Origin: a phage
Length of the DNA stretch: 50,255 nt
Reading direction: 5' to 3' (one strand)
Sequence record: PV636259.1
Position numbers and translations under genes: made by a program. The first letter of the stretch is position 1. Every line of letters starts with the position of its first letter. The notes beneath the pieces are model-generated. The model saw only the letters and a program-made list of their open reading frames with translations, ran no database searches and had not been told where the DNA came from. Below, piece by piece: positions 35,483-42,964 of the stretch.

Positions 35483-36443
35483 ACATGTTTGGAGTGAAAG
35501 GAATTGGCATTGAAATGTTTATATTGAAGGGAAATTGAGCGCCGCTCTGAGTAGAATAGTTACCCACCCTTGTTCCGGGTGCGCTTCTCACGTTACCGCC
35601 GCTCATGCAAACTCCCTTGTATCGAATGTTATTATATCCACCCGTAACTCTGCATATCGTACCTGTTCTCAGTATTGGGAAAAATCCACCGCACCACTGC
35701 CAACCATCATTTATCGCCATAGTCCCGCCAAGAACGAATGGGCGTCTAACGCTTGAGAAAACGATCTGACCAGCAGGGTTACTCATAGTTATTCCTAGCC
35801 CAGGAGGTGGTGGAGTGTTATTAAATATTACGAGTTGCACGTATACGCTAGCGCCAACGTCATCAATCCCGTTATAGTTTGCATCCCTGCACCATATTGT
35901 ATTGCCGTCAGATTCAAGTGTTACGTTTGGATTATCCCACATACCGAAAGGAACGCCCTGTACTGGCAACTGAGCCTGACCGTTAACCTGAATCCCCCCA
36001 ACAAATGCAGCGCTCATCAATCTGGCGTTATTCGGTATAGCTGCGAAGTTCGTTGAATCGTTAACAAGTATCCCCTGATTTCCAGCTTGAGCGGGGAGGA
36101 TTTCGTAGCAGTTTCCATAAAATCTCATCCTCCTTCCACCGTGCCCGTTAAAATTACCTACCGTTATTCGTCCGGTTGAATCATTTACCTTCTGAAAACT
36201 AGTCAAATAATACACCTCCGGGATGTAATCCATATCGTCTATGTAGATAGCCTGAGATGGAAGGCAAAAAGCAGTAGACCCTGGACTCATTTGCAAACCA
36301 AAATCAAACACCGATCCAGATGAATCAACCCCGTCAGCCTGTATGGGTCCGCACCATGACGGTGCGCGAAGACCCGAAGTTATCTCCATTGCCGGGCGAC
36401 CGTCGTTTAGGTTTATATATATTCCTTGTCCCATAATTACCAC
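35478..36443 (-). CDS. Putative receptor-binding protein (321 aa)
   Basis: Gly/Asn-rich beta-type composition; encoded with a Cor-like lipoprotein gene, opposite to the tail operon. Positional inference. Confidence 0.5.
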   Translation of the reverse strand: MVIMGQGIYINLNDGRPAMEITSGLRAPSWCGPIQADGVDSSGSVFDFGLQMSPGSTAFCLPSQAIYIDDMDYIPEVYYLTSFQKVNDSTGRITVGNFNGHGGRRMRFYGNCYEILPAQAGNQGILVNDSTNFAAIPNNARLMSAAFVGGIQVNGQAQLPVQGVPFGMWDNPNVTLESDGNTIWCRDANYNGIDDVGASVYVQLVIFNNTPPPPGLGITMSNPAGQIVFSSVRRPFVLGGTMAINDGWQWCGGFFPILRTGTICRVTGGYNNIRYKGVCMSGGNVRSAPGTRVGNYSTQSGAQFPFNINISMPIPFTPNMY

Positions 36444-36667
36444 TCTTTAGTTTTGATTGACACCTTGCCGCTAAAGTTGCCCTGATCGTCGTCGGATGAC
36501 AGACCCTTGAATCGCATATCGATTTCGCCAGCAGGCACTTTCTGACCGTCAACGAATCGCATCATGCAAGATCCGTAAGCGTAAGTAACACAGTCGCCAT
36601 TCTTAAGATTCTGAGCGCAACCAGTCAGGATGAACGCGGCGGCGATAATGGTGATTAACTTTTTCAT
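36437..36667 (-). CDS. cor: Cor-like superinfection-exclusion outer-membrane lipoprotein (76 aa)
   Basis: MKKLITIIAAAFILTGCAQN: signal peptide with LTGC lipobox; small size; location beside the receptor-binding gene. Confidence 0.6.
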   Translation of the reverse strand: MKKLITIIAAAFILTGCAQNLKNGDCVTYAYGSCMMRFVDGQKVPAGEIDMRFKGLSSDDDQGNFSGKVSIKTKEW

Positions 36668-37193
36668 TCGTGTGTCCTCGTCTTTAGTGTGATTGCATTG
36701 TATGTCGCATTTACTTTTATTGCAATAGTTCGATTACAATTTTTTCGTGTAACAGGTGTCTATTTTTGTAACCGGGAGGTGTGTTACAAAATCGACCTCA
36801 TTCGACCGCAGGGAGATATGATAAAAACTCTATATAATATATATAGATAGATAATATTTAATTTTAGCTTTATATATATAATTATTGTTGTGTAACAGTT
36901 GTATATCGTGTAACAGGTGATTTGATTGATTCGTCAAATTTCTATCATATTTGTTCAAAATATAATCAATCTTGATTCTATTCATGGATATCTGTGTATT
37001 TCTAAGAAAAAGCGGTTACAAGTATTACGAAATAGACACCACATAAAAACAGGATTAAGCCATTGATTCTGTTGATGCTGATTGTAACTTGAGCGATATA
37101 GACACGCTATTACACACCAATTACATGTATCCGATTGACTAAACGCTGTTAATGGCTATAATGGATTCATCGTAAACGAAGGAGATAAGCGCA
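36668..37193. promoter_or_regulatory. Second AT-rich divergent control region (upstream of cor/receptor-binding genes leftward and the recombination operon rightward)
   Basis: No ORFs; GTGTAACAG repeats at 36746..36758, 36889..36898 and 36907..36919 plus inverted TGTTACAC at 36781..36788; 16-bp TATATAATATATATAG (36831..36846) identical to 5596..5611. Confidence 0.6.
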
Positions 37194-38258
37194 ATGTTCC
37201 AGGTATTCACATCAAGTCAGCTTTCTAATGACGAGTATCATAGCAACGAAGGTTGGGCGGCAGAGTATGTAAGCGGATCGAGCCTTGCAGAAATTTATCA
37301 AACTTGCCCGGCTAACTGGCGATTCAAGAAGAACGAGACTACTAAAGCGCTGGAGTTCGGTACTCAGTCGCACACTAACTTTGAGAGTCGAGATCTGTTT
37401 ACTGCAACGTATGCGCGTTGTCCTGCTCCGTCAGAGTTTAAAGATCTTATTACTTCGCAAACGGCACTGGCAGCAAAATTAAAATCTTTTGGCCTGAAAG
37501 GTACATCCGGTAAGCAGTACCCTGACCTCATCAAAATGATGGTTGATTGCGGTGAAGATCTCAATGTTCAATATCTTATTGAACTGATTGCTGAAGCTGA
37601 GGCGCGCGCTGAAGGAAAGCAACTGGTTGACGCTGATAAATATGATGCCTGTATGAAGATGAGGGCCATTCTTGAGCAAAATCCCGATCATGAAGCGTGC
37701 ATCAATAGCGAAACTGCGCAGCGTGAGATCTCAATCTTCGGTGAGATATCCGGCGTAAAGGTTAAGGTTAGACTTGACCATCTGGACTACAAAGAGAATG
37801 TACCAGGTCGTGTGCTGACTGGTTATGATGAGAATGGAGATCCGGTATTCGAAGACGTTATTTTCCCGGAAGCACTGATTATCACCGACTTCAAAACAAC
37901 GATGAGCGCAAATCCGTTGGAGTTCCCGCGCCTTGCATATAATCACGGGTATTATCTGAAAATGGCCTTGCAGCATGATCTGCTACGACGCGCAATCCAG
38001 GCTGGCGCTTTTGAAGGCAACTTCCCTGAAGATATCCCGATCGTAGTTAGATTGCTTGCGCAGGAGAAAAAAGAGCCTTATATCGCACTGGCTTACCGTA
38101 TGACTATGGAGCAAATCAGGATCGGTCGTAACCAGTACATTAGCGTAGTCCACACTTACAAGGCTTGCTCTGAAATGGATATTTGGCCTGGGTACGCTGG
38201 CGACGCAAGCGAGATCGAACTTGAAACGCCATCATGGGTGCGTTACCAAAATAAGTAA
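37194..38258 (+). CDS. PD-(D/E)xK-type exonuclease (354 aa)
   Basis: IITDFKTT matches the D-x-K-T nuclease motif; followed by Erf and SSB. Confidence 0.6.
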   Translation: MFQVFTSSQLSNDEYHSNEGWAAEYVSGSSLAEIYQTCPANWRFKKNETTKALEFGTQSHTNFESRDLFTATYARCPAPSEFKDLITSQTALAAKLKSFGLKGTSGKQYPDLIKMMVDCGEDLNVQYLIELIAEAEARAEGKQLVDADKYDACMKMRAILEQNPDHEACINSETAQREISIFGEISGVKVKVRLDHLDYKENVPGRVLTGYDENGDPVFEDVIFPEALIITDFKTTMSANPLEFPRLAYNHGYYLKMALQHDLLRRAIQAGAFEGNFPEDIPIVVRLLAQEKKEPYIALAYRMTMEQIRIGRNQYISVVHTYKACSEMDIWPGYAGDASEIELETPSWVRYQNK

Positions 38259-38332
38259 ACGGCACAAATAGCTAAACAAATAATTAATGAGGTGTTATAA
38301 TGCACCTCATACACCAATCAGGAGAAGTTAAT

Positions 38333-38980
38333 ATGCAATTATCACCAGAAACAAACGAAATCCTTCCTGCACTGTTCAATGCTCGCAACAAATTCGCGAA
38401 AGCAAAGAAGGACGCTAAAAACAATCACCTGAAAAACTCATACGCAACTCTTGATGCAATGATGGCGGCAGTAAGCCCAGCACTAACCGATAACGATATT
38501 ATGATCCTGCAATCAATGCTGGATACCAGTACTGAAACAACTTTCCATCTTGAAACGATGCTTATTCACAAATCCGGGCAGTGGGCCAAATTCTTCATGA
38601 TGATGCCGATTGCAAAGCGCGATCCGCAAGGCGTAGGTTCCGCAATGACGTATGCTCGACGTTACTCATTAGCCGCAGCGCTGGGGATTAGCCAGAGTGA
38701 TGACGATGCTCAGCTTGCAGTAAAATCTGTCAAGGACTGGAAGAAAGAACTTGATGCGTGTGAAGATATCGAATCACTGAAAGAGGTATGGGCTAACGCT
38801 TACCGACAGACGGACACGGCAAGCAAGTCAATCATTCAGGATCACTACAACGCACTTAAGGCTAAGTTTGAGATCGGTAAAGCTCGCGGTATTCGCCCGG
38901 CACAACCGGAACAGAAAAAACAGGTTGAAGCAACGAGCGCGAAGCCTGTACAATCTCAATCAATCACCAACTTCGAATAA
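38333..38980 (+). CDS. erf: Erf-family single-strand annealing protein (215 aa)
   Basis: KNSYATLDAMM and AMTYARRYSLAAALG motifs; start trimmed to the ATG after ACCAATCAGGAG. Confidence 0.7.
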   Translation: MQLSPETNEILPALFNARNKFAKAKKDAKNNHLKNSYATLDAMMAAVSPALTDNDIMILQSMLDTSTETTFHLETMLIHKSGQWAKFFMMMPIAKRDPQGVGSAMTYARRYSLAAALGISQSDDDAQLAVKSVKDWKKELDACEDIESLKEVWANAYRQTDTASKSIIQDHYNALKAKFEIGKARGIRPAQPEQKKQVEATSAKPVQSQSITNFE

Positions 38981-39026
38981 TCATCAGGGCGGCTTCGGTC
39001 GCCCATAAATTTTAGGAGAGAAAAAC

Positions 39027-39443
39027 ATGCATATTATCACTGGCGAGATCCGCAAAGAACCTAAGATTATGGAGCGTAACGGCGGCAATACTTATATCAT
39101 CGAACTGGCAGAGAGCTATAAACCTCGTGATGGCGATCGAGAATACACCAACTACACATTCTTTTTTAGTGATGGTGGAAAGCCTGGCCTTGCTGACTGG
39201 TATCGTGAAGCGTTCCAGGTTGGTCGAGTTATATCTGTATCATGCGAAACGTTGAAGATCTCATCCCGTGAGCACAACGGAACGGTTTACAATTCATTGC
39301 AGGCCGCTGATTTTCCTAAGCTGGTATTCAGTCAACGAGGACAAAGCAATCAACAACAGCGATCGCCTCAGCAACAACAGCGAACTCAACAACAACCACA
39401 ACCGAACCCTCAGTCAACATTTGACGATGATATCCCATTCTGA
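39027..39443 (+). CDS. ssb: Single-stranded DNA-binding protein (138 aa)
   Basis: Gln/Pro-rich linker and acidic C-terminal tail ending DDDIPF. Confidence 0.75.
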   Translation: MHIITGEIRKEPKIMERNGGNTYIIELAESYKPRDGDREYTNYTFFFSDGGKPGLADWYREAFQVGRVISVSCETLKISSREHNGTVYNSLQAADFPKLVFSQRGQSNQQQRSPQQQQRTQQQPQPNPQSTFDDDIPF

Positions 39444-39447
39444 TAAG

Positions 39448-39475
39448 AAAGCCCCGCAATGCGGGGCTTTTCTTT
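39448..39475. terminator. Bidirectional rho-independent terminator (AAAGCCCCGCAATGCGGGGCTTTT)
   Basis: Between convergent ssb (plus) and tail fiber (minus). Confidence 0.7.
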
Positions 39476-41321
39476 ATGATTGTTTAAGTGATTTTATTTC
39501 TTCTTTTAGAGAAGATACTTGCTTTGAAAGCTCCTGTATCGAAGCTATAGCGTCAAGCAAAAGAACATTCTCATCCAGTGATAGCGTGTAATCTTCTCCA
39601 TTCATATTTCCGTACTTTCTAACGTACTGACTATCTATGCTCATAAGTTGTTGAGCTATGAACCCTCTCCTTACAGTTTTCTCCTTGTCATAATTGTATG
39701 TGAATGATCGGTATTTCATTTTCATCAAATTGTCAAGCGCCAATCTTGTTTCAATATCCTTTATGTCGCTTTTAAGTCTCTCATCTGACACTGGAGACTT
39801 GGAAAATATATAGTTGACAGTACCTGAGTTATTCCCAAACGTTATGTCGTAACTCTCAGCGTTGAACGATGTATTCCTTACAATGTCACCGTTTGGCTGA
39901 TTACCTGAAGCTATATCATAATCGTACACCTGAGATATTACCGCGTGAGGGTGAGAACCATCTGGAAAAATAAGCGAACCAAGAGAGATAAAATTCCTCC
40001 AACCGCCGTTGGATACACCAACGCCGCCACCAACTAGACCAATATAACCGCTGTACTGAGAACTCATCCATGTGTTAGCCAATGTCAAATAGGTATTACC
40101 TGGAGCATATCCAGTTCCATTTGGTACTAGACCCTTGTTAAAAATCAACTTTCCGTCCAGTTTGAAATCCCACGTTGCCGCGCCCTGCTTATATCTGTCA
40201 TTGATTGTTGTTATCCTTGTCCATATATCTATTTCATTACCTCCCTGCAATTCGAAAGAGGATCTGTACTTATCAACTTCACCAACCTTGAATTTTGAAT
40301 CAATCCTGCCGCCTGAAGAATCGGAACCTCTTGGCGGCTCAGAGTCTACATTTTTATAAATAGACCAGTCGTTTACTTTTAGGCCTTTCTCAACCCAACC
40401 CTTAGTAGTTGCGTCCATGTTGCCTTCAGGATCTTTAAGTAACTCTAATGGGGCGTCTGGCCTCAAGTTTTTCCATGATTCTAATTTATCCACAAGACCA
40501 GCTAGATTTCCATCCTTAGTTAAAAGGTTTTCAGCATTAACGCTATTTACTGCGTCTTTCGCTTCCTGAGCACTTACCGCCGCCGCATTTTTTGCGCTTA
40601 CCGCATTGTCACGCGCTACCTGAGCGTCATTTTTTGCAGAGGTCGCAGTTTGTGCTGCCGTTTGAGCGTCATTAACGTAACCAGATAAATCACCTTTCGC
40701 GTCATTAATGGCCTGAATCGCTGCCGCCTCTTCAGTGTCAATGTGAGTGATGACAGATGATTCCTTAGATCCTATATCAGTAATAGCCTGATCCTTTGCT
40801 GCATTAATACTACCTACAGCACCGTCAACAATTTGTTGAGTCTGGTTCTTGATTGAGTTAGTTTCATCTCGTGCAGCGTTGGCTGCGTCACGCGCTAATT
40901 CAGCCTGATTTTGCGCAGCTTGAGAATCAGATTTCGCCTGATTCACCTCAGCAACTATTTGCTCAAGTTTATCCATATCAAGCTGATTGATGATATCAAG
41001 AGCCGCAGCAATCTCAGTTTCTTTGCTCTGGTAGTATCGCAGCGTTTCAGCAACGTTTTGAGCTAAGCCATTTACAGTCAGTGAATCGTTAAGCAGGATC
41101 ACATACTTACCGTCAGCAGCAGTCTGACCATCCGTAGAGATAGCCTTTAACTCAGTGTCGCTCACGATATCGCTGATTACAGCCAGCTTAATTGGTTGCT
41201 CTAGGAATACGATAGTTGCACCTACTCGAATCAGAGCAAGCTGATCCTTCCATTTTGTATCGGTTCCGAGAACCGTTCCATCCGCATCCATTGATGCTGT
41301 ACCGCGTCTATATAAAGCCAT
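39474..41321 (-). CDS. Tail fiber protein with C-terminal intramolecular chaperone (peptidase S74-like) domain, 615 aa
   Basis: N-terminal virion-attachment-like region, long Ala/Gln-rich coiled coil, Gly-rich beta region, C-terminal SDERLKSDIKDIE...RRGFIAQQL... segment typical of autoproteolytic chaperone domains. Confidence 0.65.
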   Translation of the reverse strand: MALYRRGTASMDADGTVLGTDTKWKDQLALIRVGATIVFLEQPIKLAVISDIVSDTELKAISTDGQTAADGKYVILLNDSLTVNGLAQNVAETLRYYQSKETEIAAALDIINQLDMDKLEQIVAEVNQAKSDSQAAQNQAELARDAANAARDETNSIKNQTQQIVDGAVGSINAAKDQAITDIGSKESSVITHIDTEEAAAIQAINDAKGDLSGYVNDAQTAAQTATSAKNDAQVARDNAVSAKNAAAVSAQEAKDAVNSVNAENLLTKDGNLAGLVDKLESWKNLRPDAPLELLKDPEGNMDATTKGWVEKGLKVNDWSIYKNVDSEPPRGSDSSGGRIDSKFKVGEVDKYRSSFELQGGNEIDIWTRITTINDRYKQGAATWDFKLDGKLIFNKGLVPNGTGYAPGNTYLTLANTWMSSQYSGYIGLVGGGVGVSNGGWRNFISLGSLIFPDGSHPHAVISQVYDYDIASGNQPNGDIVRNTSFNAESYDITFGNNSGTVNYIFSKSPVSDERLKSDIKDIETRLALDNLMKMKYRSFTYNYDKEKTVRRGFIAQQLMSIDSQYVRKYGNMNGEDYTLSLDENVLLLDAIASIQELSKQVSSLKEEIKSLKQS

Positions 41322-41342
41322 AGTATAAACTCCTTAAGTAAA

Positions 41343-41360
41343 TAGCACGAATTGCTAAAC
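41343..41360 (+). promoter_or_regulatory. Operator motif copy (TAGCACGAATTGCTAAAC) in plus orientation between two minus-strand genes
   Basis: Read directly; orientation opposite to the flanking genes. Confidence 0.5.
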
Positions 41361-41401
41361 GCTGATTTTATCATTGTGCTATCCGACTTGCAATGGACAA
41401 T

Positions 41402-41424
41402 AAAAAACCGCCAGAAGGCGGTCA
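41402..41424 (-). terminator. Rho-independent terminator downstream of primase (minus strand: ACCGCCTTCTGGCGGT + T6)
   Basis: Plus strand shows AAAAAACCGCCAGAAGGCGGT; primase stop lies in the 3' arm. Confidence 0.65.
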
Positions 41425-42357
41425 GAGTAGGTCACTTGCTGAGAATAACTTGGCTTGCATTCCTGAGCGGTATCCTCCAGGATTTGGGATGATTATTTTT
41501 AATTGTCGGTCGTCTGCCATGTATAAAGTCTCCTTGTCTGAAGGTTCGCACGCAACCCTTACTTCTCGATCCCCTTTATATCTGTATGCAACCATTTCCA
41601 GATTCTCAGGAGTGAAGCAGGCCCATACCTCTTGCTTTGTGTGAAATGCAATATGCTGAGCATCAATCCAATTAAGGCATAAGTAGATCGCTTTTTCTGT
41701 TTTACCAGTCACGGCAACCGAGCAACTTGTGTATTTCTTAGCGTAAAATGACTCCCTACCCTCCTCATCAATAATCAAAATATTACAAAACTCATCATCA
41801 AGACCGTCCTCGTGTACAAGTTGACATGGTATGGTGTGAAATACGCTCTCGCCGCCATCCTCGCGACGTTTTACGCCAACGTCGAATGATTCAGTAGGTA
41901 GAGATTCAAACATGCTTAGAGGTGTGTTTACGCGCTTCTCTGTACGCTCCATGACTTTCATCACCGCTTCATGATCTGCCATCATGACATTGACACCAGA
42001 TACCGGAGTTCGGCGCGCTTTCTTGTTTGCCTTGACGATGTATTCCTGCGGAACTTTTCCGAGAAATCTTCCCAGGATATTTATGCATTCGCTATACGGC
42101 ATACCAGTTAATTTCATTAGCCACCCGATCCCGGAGTCGTTACCGCATGAGTTGCAGATCGCACCTCCGTCGCCCGGAGTGTTCAGGTTATCAGTCCAGC
42201 GAAAGCGGTCTTTACCTCCGCAGTTAGGGCAAGGTTGGTGCTTCTTATTAAAAACATCATTCGGCAATCCGCAGATTGATTGGAAAGCCTCGCGCCATAA
42301 CCCCTTCATGTACGGCAAAACGTCCTCTTTCTGAAACATCATAAATTCTTCGTTCAC
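41422..42357 (-). CDS. DNA primase (zinc-binding + TOPRIM-like), 311 aa
   Basis: CPNCGG...CNSCGN zinc motif near the N-terminus; acidic IIIDEEGRES segment; position next to the helicase. Confidence 0.6.
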   Translation of the reverse strand: MNEEFMMFQKEDVLPYMKGLWREAFQSICGLPNDVFNKKHQPCPNCGGKDRFRWTDNLNTPGDGGAICNSCGNDSGIGWLMKLTGMPYSECINILGRFLGKVPQEYIVKANKKARRTPVSGVNVMMADHEAVMKVMERTEKRVNTPLSMFESLPTESFDVGVKRREDGGESVFHTIPCQLVHEDGLDDEFCNILIIDEEGRESFYAKKYTSCSVAVTGKTEKAIYLCLNWIDAQHIAFHTKQEVWACFTPENLEMVAYRYKGDREVRVACEPSDKETLYMADDRQLKIIIPNPGGYRSGMQAKLFSASDLL

Positions 42358-42370
42358 TTCCAGATCTCCA

Positions 42371-42415
42371 AAATAAAAAACGCGTAGAAGGATGTTAACC
42401 CGCTACGCGTCGTTT
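42371..42415. terminator. Hairpin ACGCGTAG...CTACGCGT flanked by A-run and T-rich tail (bidirectional terminator-like)
   Basis: Read directly between the HTH gene and primase. Confidence 0.5.
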
Positions 42416-42416
42416 G

Positions 42417-42436
42417 TTTTAACTAAAAATGCTATT
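42417..42436 (-). promoter_or_regulatory. Operator motif copy (minus orientation; AATAGCATTTTTAGTTAAAAC) forming the last six codons of the HTH gene
   Basis: N-S-I-F-S-stop is encoded by AATAGCATTTTTAGTTAA. Confidence 0.5.
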
Positions 42437-42871
42437 GGTCGTTCCGATATCTTCCTTCTTCACGACGCGCATAAATTTCTTGTTCTTGCATCGCTTCTCA
42501 AGGCACTTGCCGTTACCGTCAAACTTCAGGTCGAATCGCAACCATGCGGCACGAAATCCTTTGCACCCCTGTCGGCGGTAAGCGCGATGCGCAGCTTCAG
42601 CGCCTTGCCATGAAATCATATTTCGATCTTTCCAGCCTTGCACCGTCTGATTGCTAACTTTTAGAGCCTTTGCGCAGGCCGCAGGGCCGCCGTAATATTC
42701 GATAAGAGCATCAAGTCGCGCTCGCAGTCCGGCGCGTGTTTCTTCTTTATGAATATAGAACCCGCAACGCTGTCGAGGCTTTTTATCTTTACCGCGCCGT
42801 GTTCCGTTGTTACCATTGATGTGACGTTTATCGATTTCACCAGTTGACTCTGCGATACGTTGAATACTCAT
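42419..42871 (-). CDS. Putative DNA-binding protein with helix-turn-helix segment (150 aa)
   Basis: AKALKVSNQTVQGWKDRNMISWQGAEAA resembles Cro/CI-type HTH; basic N-terminus. Confidence 0.5.
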   Translation of the reverse strand: MSIQRIAESTGEIDKRHINGNNGTRRGKDKKPRQRCGFYIHKEETRAGLRARLDALIEYYGGPAACAKALKVSNQTVQGWKDRNMISWQGAEAAHRAYRRQGCKGFRAAWLRFDLKFDGNGKCLEKRCKNKKFMRVVKKEDIGTTNSIFS

Positions 42872-42884
42872 CTTGATTCTCCTA

Positions 42885-42904
42885 TAGCACTTTTTGCTAA
42901 AAAC
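42885..42904 (+). promoter_or_regulatory. Operator/promoter motif copy (TAGCACTTTTTGCTAAAAAC) upstream of the helicase
   Basis: Read directly in the 93-bp divergent gap. Confidence 0.55.
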
Positions 42905-42964
42905 GTTTACTTTATGCCGTGTATTATAGCGTAAACGTTACAACGATTCAAAGGATTAATAGCC

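Noticed and set aside
38288-38307. Hairpin GAGGTG-TTATAATG-CACCTC upstream of erf as a terminator
   Set aside because: No T-run follows; the loop contains a perfect TATAAT, so it is more likely part of a promoter or RNA leader.
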